Below are positions 20,900-30,255 of a DNA stretch of 64,000 nucleotides, one piece after another; the first letter of the stretch is position 1; each line of letters begins with the position of its first letter. Below the pieces are notes generated by a model that ran no database searches, was not told where the DNA came from, and was given only the letters and a program-made list of their open reading frames with translations. The stretch is from the NCBI GenBank assembly GCA_963754985.1, contig CAVWIJ010000001.1, positions 97,035 to 161,034 of the forward strand, given 5' to 3'. Position numbers and translations under genes: made by a program. This stretch comes from an uncultured Holophagae bacterium (GTDB lineage Bacteria > Acidobacteriota > Thermoanaerobaculia > Thermoanaerobaculales > Sulfomarinibacteraceae).

Positions 20900-21166
20900 G
20901 ACGAAACTCCTGATCAGCGACCCTCATTGTCAGGTCGGCTGTTGATTCCGCACTTCGAGAACTTCGGCTCGGCTGCGGTCATTCCGCCCGCAACAGCAGG
21001 ACGCTCGCCGCATCGGTCTCCACCCCGCCCGTTCATCGCGCAGCTCGAGGCCGCCTGCCGAGCCGCCAGACCCGCCGCCGCCCGCGAACATCGCTGACCT
21101 GATCTCCAACAAATTTCTGATACGAATTCTCAGGAATGAACCTCGCCGGGCGCTGTTCTACGGTGT

Positions 21167-24100
21167 ATGCCAGGTATCAACATCGGTCGGCCGCTCCTCG
21201 GCGCCGGCGCGGCAGCGAAGAATGACTGGGCATCGGCGAGCGCGCGCACCGGCCTCGACTTCACTGCACAGGCGGAGTTCAGGCGCGGGGTCAACCTCAC
21301 GATCGGGCTCGAAGCGCTCGCGTCGGCCGACGCAGGGCTGTCCCGCTTCATCTCCGGCACTGTCCGCGGCAACGCCTTTGCCGCGGCCGAGGCGAGCCTC
21401 CAGATCGGGCTTCCCCTGAACCTGTTCAAGCGCTTCGGCCTCGCCGTCGGCGCGGAGGCGAAAGCCCAGGCGGCCGCCGGCATCGAGGCCGGCCTCGCTC
21501 TCTCGATCGGCGACTTCGTCGAGCTCGTGCGCCGTGACCCGGACGCGGTCGGCGTTCCGCTCGAGCTGATCCTCCTGATGCTCGAGGAGGTCGATGCCGG
21601 CGGCAAGGTCGAGATCCACGTTGCGGCGGCGGCGATGGCCTACGCGTCGCTGCAGATCGCGGGATCGGTCATCGACACCCCGGGGAAGCCGGCCGGCTTC
21701 GAGTACACGATCGACGCCGGCCTCGGCCTCGCGGCTGGAATGGGCTTCAGCGGCGGGCTGCTGCTCGGCTTCAAGGACTTCCGACACTTCTACGGACGGG
21801 CCGTCGACCTCGCCGTGGGAACCACGGTCGCTCAGGTGGCATCGTCGCTGCCAGCCGCCGACGCCGCGACGCAGGCGCTCGCGAGCGCTTTCGCCCCGGT
21901 CGCCAAGATCGCTCTCAGGAGCGCATACGAGATCGGCAGCTTCATCGAGGTCAACGCGCCGGACGGCTCGGCCCAGGCCTCGCTCTCGCTCGCCAACCAC
22001 TGCGTGGGCGTCGTCCTCGAGGAGTCGCAGCGTTACCTGCTGGACCGTTTCGTCGAGTCCGGCCTGCGGGCCATTCTCGACGCGCTGAGGGCGCAATCCA
22101 CAGGCATGAGTACACGCGCGTGGAACACGCTGCGGCCGCAGCGTCTTGCGCTGGCGCAGGCCCTCTACTCGGTCCCGCCGGAGCCCTTCCAGTCCACACC
22201 CGAGAACGCGGCGTTCTGGCGGCGGATTCAGCAGCGGGTCGCGACCCTCGTCGATGCCCTCCCGGCGAACTCGCCGGCGCGGGACCAGATCATGCAGGGG
22301 CTCGCGTGTGTCTCGGCGGCCGCCGAGCTGCTGACAGAGATGTTCCGCAGCCGGATCAACCAGGCGCAGGCCTACGTGGTGGCGGTCGGGGTAGGCCGGA
22401 TCGCGACCAGGCCGGCCTTCGGAGGGCCACTGCCAAGCCAGCCCCCCGTCCGAGTCAGGAGCTTCATCAACGCGGCGCTCGGCCTCGCCGCGTCGGCCGA
22501 CCTCGACACCGCAGCCCTCGCACGCTTCCTCGGTCAGCCGGCGACGCTCGACGCGCTGCGTAGCTCGTGCCCGGATGTCAACGAGTTTGCCAGGATCTTC
22601 CGTGGACCGGTCGCGGCTCTCGAGGTCGAGGTGCTCTCGGCGCTGCTCGCGAACCGTGAGGCCTTCCTCCCCAACGCAGCCGGCGACATCGACCCGAAGG
22701 AGACGCTCGCCGTCCTCCTCGAAGCCCTCGACGCCTTCATCGCCAGCCGGCTCAACGTCGAGCTCAGGCAGGCCTTCTACCAGACCAACCCCGACCCTGC
22801 CACCCGGCTCTACTTCGACGAGGTCCTGCTCGGCGCCATCAACTTCACGAAGGACGTCGCGTTTCAGACGATCCTTAACTGGGAGACGCGGCAGCCCGAC
22901 CGGGACAGCTTCACCGAGGCGCTGGCGAGCGTCCTCACGATGATGCTCGGCCGCAGCCTGGTCATCGTCGGCGACCTCTTCTTCAACGCGCTGCTCGAGA
23001 ATGTCCAGGACGCCGCCGAGCACGCCTCGTCGCGGCTGTCCGGCAGCCGGGACCCGTTCCGGGCGATCGGAATCGCGACCAGCCCGGAGCTGCGCGCGCT
23101 CTTCGCCGACACCCTGCGGATCGGCGGCGAGGTCTTCGGCCCGCTGCCCAGCGACACGCGATCGCGCGTCCGCCAGATCCTGTACGAGATCATGGAGCCA
23201 CTGCCGCCAACCGGACAGCAGGACTTCGTCGACGAGCTCGCTGACCAGTTCTTCATTCCCAACCGCGAGCACCTCGCCGAGCTCAGCGAGGAGCTCCTGG
23301 AGATCTCACGCGACCGTTTCGGACTGTTCGTCGAGAAGGTCCTGCAGAGCGCCGGCCAGTTGCTCCTTGACGCCATCGTCGAGTTCATCGACCAGGCGAT
23401 CCAGACCATCAAGGACTGGGAGCGGCGGCTCGGCGCGGCGATCGCCGACCTCGCGCGGCTCATCCAGGAGCTCGAGCGGGAGATTGCCCGTCTCGTCGAG
23501 CAGGTCGAGGCAGCGTTCAGCGAGGCGGCTGCTGCGATCGATCAGCTGCTCGACACACTGCGCAGCAACAGCGCGCGCGCCGCGCTCAAGGCGAAGATCG
23601 TCTCCGTGCTTTACTCCCGCGCCAAGTCCGTGCTGCGGGACAACGAGCTCTACAAGGCGCTGCCGCGCGAGCTCCGCAGCGCCGTCAGATCGCTGCTCAA
23701 GGACAGCATCCGCGGCCTGGTCGACAACCCGCTCGTCGATCCCGTCCTCGATGCTGTGACCGCCGTCGGCAGCGAGCTCGAGACGCTGGTCGACGACGTC
23801 CGCGACCTCGACCCGTCGCGCCCGCTCTCCGAGCAGCTCCTCGATCTGGTAATCGATCGGATCGAGGACGGCATCCGGGACCACTTCGGCTCGAGCGACC
23901 CTCGGATCGACATCGGCTTCACCTTCAGCTATGAGCTCTTTGGCCACCACAGCGTGCGCTTCGAGCTCGGGCGGGTGCGGATCCCGATGTCGAGCTTCCT
24001 GGGCGCGCTTCGCGACGCGATCGACGACATCGGGGCTTTTGACAGCGCCCTGACCGACGCGGCCGAGCGGGTCGCCGCGGCCTTCGAGAAGTTGCTCGAG

Positions 24101-25006
24101 CTCCAGGACATGGAGTCGGAGCGCGCCGCCGCCCGCGCCTCGCGGGAGCGGCTCACCCGGATCGAGCGCGAGCACACCAGCAACCCGAAGGAGATTGCCA
24201 TCCTCTCGCCGGCGCCGAGCTCGGTCCACAGTGGGAGCGTCCCGGTGGAGATCCACCTCGGCGGGGTGCCGCTGTCGTACCTCGGCCTGGACCGGGACGA
24301 GCAGCAGCGGGTCTTCATCTTCCTCAACGGCGAGCTCATCCCGAGCAAGTCGCTGGTGGTCGGTCGAGCCGCCGGCGCCGCCGACAGGGAGCTTCATCGG
24401 CTCGACTTCACGCTCACCGGGCTGGCTGGCTTTGACGCAGCGGCCCAGAAGTTCGAGGGCAGCGACGCGACCATCCGCATCCGCGGCGGCGTTCCAGCCG
24501 GCGATGTCGAGGCAGTCGCGTTGAACCGAACCGGTGCGGTCCACGTCGGACGCCACACCGTCTCGAAGGGGCGCGGTGGGCGCTCGATGACGTCGTCGGT
24601 GGTGGCCAATTTCCCGCCCGGACACACGCTCGCCGGCTCGCAGATCGCCGGCCTCCGGTCCGCCCTGCCGGCCGGGACCGAGATCTCGTTCGACCTGGGC
24701 CTCTCAGAGCTCGTGCAGGGCGCGAATACGCTCACGGTGGTCGTGATCGACCGTGGCGGCCGCCAGTACCAGCAGGTGGTGAGCTTCGGCGTCGCGGCGC
24801 CGCCTCGCCTGCGGGCGGATGACCTCCGTCCGAGGCTGCCTAGTGGGGTCGGGCGAGCCTCCGGCCGCGGGCGAGGTCGTCCGGTCAAACCGCCGGTCGG
24901 GATCTCGGCTGCCGCAGCCGACGTTCGCGCCCGCCTTCGAAAGGCCTCCTCGTACCTCGACAGCCAAGCCAGGCTGAATCTGACCGACTTCACGAGGGGC
25001 AAATGA
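21167..25006 (+). CDS. large (1279 aa) protein of unknown function, Ala/Gly-rich N-terminal repeats plus long helical/coiled-coil body
   Basis: An uninterrupted 3.8-kb ORF preceded by an AT-richer stretch (21100-21165). No signal peptide and no motif I can assign. An internal ~85-aa duplication is marked by EASLQIGL...GIEAGLALSIGDF and YASLQIAG...TIDAGLGLAAGMGF. A coiled-coil-like segment reads IKDWERRLGAAIADLARLIQELEREIARLVEQVEAAF. Confidence 0.8.
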   Translation: MPGINIGRPLLGAGAAAKNDWASASARTGLDFTAQAEFRRGVNLTIGLEALASADAGLSRFISGTVRGNAFAAAEASLQIGLPLNLFKRFGLAVGAEAKAQAAAGIEAGLALSIGDFVELVRRDPDAVGVPLELILLMLEEVDAGGKVEIHVAAAAMAYASLQIAGSVIDTPGKPAGFEYTIDAGLGLAAGMGFSGGLLLGFKDFRHFYGRAVDLAVGTTVAQVASSLPAADAATQALASAFAPVAKIALRSAYEIGSFIEVNAPDGSAQASLSLANHCVGVVLEESQRYLLDRFVESGLRAILDALRAQSTGMSTRAWNTLRPQRLALAQALYSVPPEPFQSTPENAAFWRRIQQRVATLVDALPANSPARDQIMQGLACVSAAAELLTEMFRSRINQAQAYVVAVGVGRIATRPAFGGPLPSQPPVRVRSFINAALGLAASADLDTAALARFLGQPATLDALRSSCPDVNEFARIFRGPVAALEVEVLSALLANREAFLPNAAGDIDPKETLAVLLEALDAFIASRLNVELRQAFYQTNPDPATRLYFDEVLLGAINFTKDVAFQTILNWETRQPDRDSFTEALASVLTMMLGRSLVIVGDLFFNALLENVQDAAEHASSRLSGSRDPFRAIGIATSPELRALFADTLRIGGEVFGPLPSDTRSRVRQILYEIMEPLPPTGQQDFVDELADQFFIPNREHLAELSEELLEISRDRFGLFVEKVLQSAGQLLLDAIVEFIDQAIQTIKDWERRLGAAIADLARLIQELEREIARLVEQVEAAFSEAAAAIDQLLDTLRSNSARAALKAKIVSVLYSRAKSVLRDNELYKALPRELRSAVRSLLKDSIRGLVDNPLVDPVLDAVTAVGSELETLVDDVRDLDPSRPLSEQLLDLVIDRIEDGIRDHFGSSDPRIDIGFTFSYELFGHHSVRFELGRVRIPMSSFLGALRDAIDDIGAFDSALTDAAERVAAAFEKLLELQDMESERAAARASRERLTRIEREHTSNPKEIAILSPAPSSVHSGSVPVEIHLGGVPLSYLGLDRDEQQRVFIFLNGELIPSKSLVVGRAAGAADRELHRLDFTLTGLAGFDAAAQKFEGSDATIRIRGGVPAGDVEAVALNRTGAVHVGRHTVSKGRGGRSMTSSVVANFPPGHTLAGSQIAGLRSALPAGTEISFDLGLSELVQGANTLTVVVIDRGGRQYQQVVSFGVAAPPRLRADDLRPRLPSGVGRASGRGRGRPVKPPVGISAAAADVRARLRKASSYLDSQARLNLTDFTRGK

Positions 25007-25725
25007 ACACTCCTCTGCAGCTGGCTGCCTTCACGCTTGCCGACTTCCTATCGGAAGACCCGGGCGTTGCGCCGTTCCGCGCCGTCGCCTTCGTGCTCGG
25101 CAAGCGCGGTCACCGCAACGCCGGCCTCGATCCCAGGACCGCTGCGCGGATGCACGCCCGCAGCCTGAAGTGGGCCAGGCGCACGAACGACAAGCTCCGG
25201 ATCCAGAGGCGCCTCGACTACGATCCGCTCGAGGTGGTCGAGATCAACAGCTTCGACGAGCTCATCGCCAAGCGCCCCCGCTCCGGAACCTGGCAGAGCA
25301 TCTTCCTCGTGACCCACGCCGGTGGCGAGCTTCCTCAGGGCATGGCGGGCTCGATCTTCTTCGGTGACCGCGAGCTCTTCATCACCGGTTCCGGGATCAA
25401 CGACCTTCTCGACGAGATCAACCGGAAGAAGGCGAGGGTCGAGGAGTTTCGTCGAGGGTTCGACCAAAGCTCCCGACTGCAGATCTTCGCCTGCGGCGTG
25501 GGGTCGACGGGTCCGGAGGTCGCCATCTACACGAGAGAGCTCTTCGGAGTCGAAGGGGCAGCCCACTTTCCGCGAGTCGACGTCGATCTCCTCGCGAACG
25601 GAACGCTCGTCACGCCGGACGAGGACGATCCACGGCTGCTGCGTGAGCTTGCCGTCGCCGACATGAGCACCATCCCTCCCAAGGAGGAGGCCCTCCCAGA
25701 GGACGCCGAGGTGCGGCCCCCCTGA
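25003..25725 (+). CDS. 240-aa protein of unknown function, translationally coupled to the 1279-aa protein
   Basis: Its ATG overlaps the upstream stop (ATGA at 25003-25006). The segment IFLVTHAGGELPQGMAGSIFFGDRELFITG...LQIFACGVGSTGPEVAIYTRELFGVEG resembles the DUF4347-type layout (xHGxxGxLxLG...GCxxG), but weakly and by eye only. Confidence 0.7.
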   Translation: MNTPLQLAAFTLADFLSEDPGVAPFRAVAFVLGKRGHRNAGLDPRTAARMHARSLKWARRTNDKLRIQRRLDYDPLEVVEINSFDELIAKRPRSGTWQSIFLVTHAGGELPQGMAGSIFFGDRELFITGSGINDLLDEINRKKARVEEFRRGFDQSSRLQIFACGVGSTGPEVAIYTRELFGVEGAAHFPRVDVDLLANGTLVTPDEDDPRLLRELAVADMSTIPPKEEALPEDAEVRPP

Positions 25726-25910
25726 CCCTCGCCCCCGTCTCGCACCGCCACGATCCACGCACCATCGGGTGCCACGGGCAGCGGGGAACCTGGCGGCAGC
25801 AGGGAGGCCGCAGCACCGGCAGCCTCCCGCTTCAGGCGCGCGGGCGTCCCCTCGCAGCCCCACGGCTCCTGGCGTATGCTGGCTGCCAGCTCCCTGCAAT
25901 GGAGGTCTTG

Positions 25911-27131
25911 ATGTCACGCTGCAGGCTTCTCACGCTGGCCTCGCTCCTCTTGGTGTCCGCGGCCGCCACCCCGTCGCCGGCCGATCAGGTCAACCTCCTC
26001 TCGATCCAGGAAGGCACCTTCCCGGTCGTCGAGCCGGAGAGCTACGGTGGCTGGCCGGTCGTGGCCCTGCTCGACGACAGCCCGGAGACCGGCTGGGCCT
26101 GCCCGGAGGGCAAGATCGCCGACAACGTGTTCGTGTTCGAGATGGCGGCGGAGGCGACCATCGAGCGCTTCGAGTTCGACGCGAAGGGCGTGGACGAGGA
26201 GGGCGCCGGGGCGAAGGAGGTCGTGGTCGAGGTCTCGACCACCTCCAAGAGCGACGGCTTCACGCCGGTCCTCCAGGCGACGCTGGCGGCCGGGCGCGAC
26301 CGCCAGGCCTTCGACGCGGCGAAGCCGGTGCCGGCGCGCTGGGTGCGGCTGACCATCCGCACGAACCACGGCAACGAGGGCTGGACCGAGCTGTTCGGCT
26401 TCCGGGGCTACGGGGAACGGCCGGCCACCGGCGCCCTCGCCGAGGGCATCTCCGGCACCTACGCGACCGACTACAACGACTTCCACGTCCGCCAGCAGGG
26501 CACCGCGCTGGTCGGCTGCTACGAGTACGACTTCGGCGTGCTGGACGGCGCCATCGAGGGCCGGGTCATGAAGATCACCTGGCGGGAGCGGGAGGATGGC
26601 AGCGAGCGCGGGCCGGCCGTGATGGTCTTCTCGCCGGACGGCAAGTCCTTCCGCGGCTTCTGGTGGCACGCCGGCAACGAGGCCCGCCTCCCCAACGGCG
26701 AGTGGAACGGCACCAAGACGTCGGCCGCCATCGGCACCTGCCCGCACTGGGCGGGCTCGGTGAGCGGAGAGCTCACGAAGACCCTGTCGTCGACCGGGCG
26801 CGCGCGGGTCTACGGCATCCTCTTCGACCTCGACTCGGCGACCATCCGGCCGGCGTCGAAGCCCGTCCTCGACGAGGTCGCGGCCTCGCTCGAGAGCCAG
26901 CCGGACTGGCGGCTCACGATCGAGGGCCACACCGACTCGACCGGCAGCGCGGAGCACAACCGGGTGCTGTCGCAGCAGCGCGCCGACGCCGTCAAGGCCT
27001 TCCTGGTGGCCGCCGGGATCGATGCCGCGCGCCTGCAGACAGCTGGCTTCGGAGCGTCGCAGCCGGTGGCCGACAACGCCACCGAGCTCGGCCGCAGCCA
27101 GAACCGCCGGGTCGAGCTGGTGCGAAACTAG
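25911..27131 (+). CDS. OmpA-family protein with N-terminal discoidin (F5/8 type C)-like domain
   Basis: Signal peptide MSRCRLLTLASLLLVSAAA (RBS GGAGG 5 nt upstream; the track start is 25899). The C-terminal OmpA_C motif reads FDLDSATIRPASKPVLDEVAASL...LTIEGHTDSTGSAEHNRVLSQQRADAV...NRRVELV. Confidence 0.88.
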   Translation: MSRCRLLTLASLLLVSAAATPSPADQVNLLSIQEGTFPVVEPESYGGWPVVALLDDSPETGWACPEGKIADNVFVFEMAAEATIERFEFDAKGVDEEGAGAKEVVVEVSTTSKSDGFTPVLQATLAAGRDRQAFDAAKPVPARWVRLTIRTNHGNEGWTELFGFRGYGERPATGALAEGISGTYATDYNDFHVRQQGTALVGCYEYDFGVLDGAIEGRVMKITWREREDGSERGPAVMVFSPDGKSFRGFWWHAGNEARLPNGEWNGTKTSAAIGTCPHWAGSVSGELTKTLSSTGRARVYGILFDLDSATIRPASKPVLDEVAASLESQPDWRLTIEGHTDSTGSAEHNRVLSQQRADAVKAFLVAAGIDAARLQTAGFGASQPVADNATELGRSQNRRVELVRN

Positions 27132-27184
27132 CGCCGCCGCCTCCCGCGCGCGCAGCCCGCGACGCCGAGAAGCCGGGCGGTCGG

Positions 27185-27731
27185 TCATCCGCCGGCCAGC
27201 TCCCGGGCCAGCGCCTCGTAGCGCTGATGAACGCCCTCGCCGATCTCGTCCCGCTCGACCCGCTCGAAGTCCGCGGCAAGCGCAGCCTGGTCCTCCTCGC
27301 TGAAGACCCGGTCGGCCATCGGGTAGAGGATGTTGTCCTCTTTGGAGATGTGCTGGCGCAGCAGCGACGCGTAGGCGGCGAGGCGCTCGGCCACCACCGT
27401 CCTCGCGGACGCGACGCCGGCTGCCGCGGCGGCGATGTTGTCAGCGACCGCCGCGACATGGGCGCGTCCGAGCTCGTGCTCGTGCAGCATCACCGCAACC
27501 GGCCCGCCCTGGAGAGGGAAGCCCTTTTCGCCCATGCGGACGAACAGCAGATCCTCCTCCTTGGCGTGGTGGCAGTGGTCGGCGAAGTTGCGGATGAAGT
27601 CGACGAAGGCGTTCAGACGATCGGCGTCGGCGGCAACGCCGCTTGCGATCGCCTCTCGCCTCCCGCTCGGCGGCGTCGAGAACCATCAGGATGAGCTGGT
27701 GCTCATGCCTCAGGATGTCGGTCGGAAGCAT
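27185..27731 (-). CDS. hemerythrin-domain protein, one apparent frame disruption near 27650
   Basis: Starts MLPTDILRHEHQLILMVLDAAEREA (RBS AAGGGAG). The sequence then continues in another frame as AIASGVAADADRLNAFVDFIRNFADHCHHAKEEDLLFVRMGEKGFPLQGGPVAVMLHEHELGR...HISKEDNILYP, giving the hemerythrin H/HxxxE ligand pattern. The track shows only the 3' part (27185..27535). Confidence 0.8.
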
Positions 27732-27748
27732 GGCGATCTCCCTTCGCT

Positions 27749-28369
27749 TCAGTGGGCGTGGGCGTCGTGCCCGGCCGGGGCTGCGCCGTGCCCAGATCCG
27801 GCCATCGCGACGTGCAGGCCCTCGACGTAGTGGATGAAGTCGACGTACGCGGCGACGTAGGCGCGGCCGGCAGCGACGTTGTGGCCGGCGTGCTCGCGGG
27901 CCGCGACCACTCGCTCGAAGCGGTGGCGCACCCCCTCGTCGAGGTGCTCCGTCAGCGCGGCGACGAGGCTGTCGGCCGAGCCGGAGTCGATCGCACGGTC
28001 GGCGGCTGCGATGCCCGGCTCGACGGTGCCGGCCGGCTTGAGTCCGGTGTAGGGGGCGCCTTCGCCCGCACGGTGCACGCGCACCAGGGTCTCGAAGAAC
28101 CAGGTGTCGGCGAGCTCGAGCGCGGCGCCGCCCGACGCCCGCACCACCAGCGCGCGGTCGAAGGCGGCGCGGATCTCCGGCTCGTCCTCGGCCCGCACCC
28201 ACTTCAAGACCTGAGTCACGTCACCGGCCGCCAGCGCCGCGCGGGCGTCGATGACGACTGGGCCGTCGACGGTGTCGCAGTGCGCACCGGCGGTCCGCGC
28301 CCCACTGACGCCGAGGGCGATGACCGCGGCGACGATGGTCACGATGGCTCGATGGACGCTCATTCTCAT
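27749..28369 (-). CDS. secreted DUF6448-like protein
   Basis: Signal peptide MRMSVHRAIVTIVAAVIALGVSGARTAGA followed by HCDTVDGPVVIDARAALAAGDV, which I recognise as the start of the DUF6448 family. His-rich C-terminus. Its ATG overlaps the upstream stop (ATGA at 28369-28366). Confidence 0.75.
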   Translation of the reverse strand: MRMSVHRAIVTIVAAVIALGVSGARTAGAHCDTVDGPVVIDARAALAAGDVTQVLKWVRAEDEPEIRAAFDRALVVRASGGAALELADTWFFETLVRVHRAGEGAPYTGLKPAGTVEPGIAAADRAIDSGSADSLVAALTEHLDEGVRHRFERVVAAREHAGHNVAAGRAYVAAYVDFIHYVEGLHVAMAGSGHGAAPAGHDAHAH

Positions 28370-28626
28370 GTGCTCTCTCCATTCGCTCCGGCTCGCACCC
28401 GGCCGCCGTCGGCCCCGTTTCGGGCCGTGCTGTCGAGCTCGGCGAGGAAGGCCTCGGTCTCCTGGCCGTAGGTGCGAGCAGCCTCGGCCAGCGTGTCGAA
28501 CCGAGCCATCGCGCAGCCGACGCAGGCCATCCCCCGCCGCACGAAGACGGCGGCGAGCACCGGGAACTGGTCGAGCGTCTGCTCGACCGTGCGCTCCAAG
28601 AGAACCAACGGCTCGATCACCGGCAT
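28366..28626 (-). CDS. DUF1858 (hybrid-cluster-protein-associated redox disulfide) domain protein
   Basis: MPVIEPLVLLERTVEQTLDQFPVLAAVFVRRGMACVGCAMARFDTLAEAARTYG contains the family CxxC motif in context. The track ORF start at 28713 is probably an over-extension. Confidence 0.7.
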   Translation of the reverse strand: MPVIEPLVLLERTVEQTLDQFPVLAAVFVRRGMACVGCAMARFDTLAEAARTYGQETEAFLAELDSTARNGADGGRVRAGANGEST

Positions 28627-28765
28627 CCTCCGTCTCCCTTGTAGCCGGAAGGAGAACGGCCGTCCTTGCGCTGGGTCAATCGTTGGCAGGAGGCCGGCGA
28701 ACCGTCCGGTCAACGGACGGCGTTCGCCCTACCGCGCACCGCGGCCGGCAGGCCGCACGCTGTCG

Positions 28766-29467
28766 TCACTCCTCGGGAAGATCCTCGGCGATGGTCACCA
28801 GGTCGTGCGGACAGCGGATGACCACCCTCTCGCGACCGCTCTCGACGGTCCCAGCCTCCTCCCAGTCGGCCATCAGTCGGCTGACCGTGAACAGCGTGGT
28901 GCCGGTGAGCCTGGCAATGTCCTCGCGGGTCAGCGGCATGTCGATCTCGACGCCGCGATCGGTGCGCCGGCCCGCCTTGGCGGCGAGCCGCAGCAGGGCA
29001 CGGGCGACGCGCCGGGCAACCCTTTCGGTGGCGAGCTCGCGGAGTCGGTCCGACAGCTCGCCCATCCGCTCGGTGAGGATGCGCAGCACGTTGAGCGCGA
29101 GCTGCGGGTGCCCGCGCAGCAGCTCGTCGAGGGTCTTGCGCGGCCAGGCGATGACGGTGGTGTCGCCGACCGCTTCCGCCGCGGCCGGGTACTCCTGGCC
29201 GGCAAACAGCGCGACGACCGCGCACATCTCGCCGGGACCGACGTAACGGACGATCAGCTCCTGGCCCTCGGCGCTGACCTGGGTGAGCTTGAGGCGGCCC
29301 TCGAGCACAACGGAAAACTCCTCGGCCGCGTCTCCCTGGTGAAAGAGGAGCCCGCGCCGCTGCAGCCGGCGCAGAGTTCCCTTCATCGCGACCGCAGCGA
29401 GCGCCTCCGCCGAAAGCTCCTGGAACACCGGCGAGCGGGCGAGCACCTCCTGGATATCGGCTGCCAT
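28766..29467 (-). CDS. Crp/Fnr-family transcriptional regulator
   Basis: MAADIQEVLARSPVFQELSAEAL...LFHQGDAAEEFSVVLEGRLKL is a cNMP-binding fold. The C-terminal HTH reads LTREDIARLTGTTLFTVSRLMADWEEAG. Confidence 0.9.
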   Translation of the reverse strand: MAADIQEVLARSPVFQELSAEALAAVAMKGTLRRLQRRGLLFHQGDAAEEFSVVLEGRLKLTQVSAEGQELIVRYVGPGEMCAVVALFAGQEYPAAAEAVGDTTVIAWPRKTLDELLRGHPQLALNVLRILTERMGELSDRLRELATERVARRVARALLRLAAKAGRRTDRGVEIDMPLTREDIARLTGTTLFTVSRLMADWEEAGTVESGRERVVIRCPHDLVTIAEDLPEE

Positions 29468-29643
29468 CGGTGACCATCTTAGTCGGGTCGGGCCTGGCCC
29501 GCTCCCTGCGGCCTCCGGATTCCCGGTCACGAGATGGCGGGGGTGACAACCTCGCCAGCGGTGGAGGGAGCTCGCGCCACGATCCCGATATAATCTGCGG
29601 ACATCGAGCGGCGCCGACGGCGCGGCTCGGTCTGGAGGCCATC

Positions 29644-30249
29644 ATGACCGCGTCCCCGTTCCGCACCGTCGCCGCGCTGGCTGCTCTCGTCGTTGCAGTC
29701 GGCTGCTCGAGCACCACAGTCACCCGGGTCCCGACCGAGGAGCAGATCGACCTCTCGGGGCGCTGGAACGACACCGACAGCCAGCAGGCCGCCCAGGCCC
29801 TCGTCGACCAGTCCATGGCCACGCCGTGGGTCGACAACTTCGTGCTCGCGAAGGCCGAGAAGCCCACGGTGATCATCGGCACGATCCGCAACAAGACGCC
29901 CGAGCACATCGCGGTCAAGACCCTGGTCGCCGACCTCGAGCGCTCCTTCATCAACTCGGGCCGGGTGACCGTGGTCGCGTCGGCCGAGGAGCGCGACGAG
30001 ATCCGCGGCGAGCGCGAGGACCAGCAGCAGTTCGCCTCGGACGACACCGTCAAGGCCTGGGGCCTCGAGCGCGGTGCCGACTACATGCTGATCGGCGAGG
30101 TCAACTCCCAGTTCGACGCCGAGGACGGCAAGGAGGTCAAGTACTACCAGGTGGACTGCTACCTGGTCGACCTCGAGAGCAACGTCAAGGTGTGGACCGG
30201 CTTCACCAAGATCAAGAAGTTCGTCGGCCGCAGCAAGTACAAGCCGTAG
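29644..30249 (+). CDS. lpoB: penicillin-binding protein activator LpoB-like lipoprotein
   Basis: MTASPFRTVAALAALVVAVGCSS has a lipobox. WNDTDSQQAAQALVDQ, VIIGTIRNKT and GADYMLIGEV are typical LpoB/YcfM features. Confidence 0.8.
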   Translation: MTASPFRTVAALAALVVAVGCSSTTVTRVPTEEQIDLSGRWNDTDSQQAAQALVDQSMATPWVDNFVLAKAEKPTVIIGTIRNKTPEHIAVKTLVADLERSFINSGRVTVVASAEERDEIRGEREDQQQFASDDTVKAWGLERGADYMLIGEVNSQFDAEDGKEVKYYQVDCYLVDLESNVKVWTGFTKIKKFVGRSKYKP

Positions 30250-30255
30250 GCTGGG

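Noticed and set aside
21158-23272. 704-aa minus-strand ORF and the other long antisense ORFs in the 21-27 kb region (e.g. 23306..24625, 25914..27188, 25769..27694)
   Set aside because: They overlap the long plus-strand ORFs, which have start-stop coupling, RBSs or OmpA motifs. The antisense products are Arg/Glu/Asp/Gly-rich without structure-like patterns.
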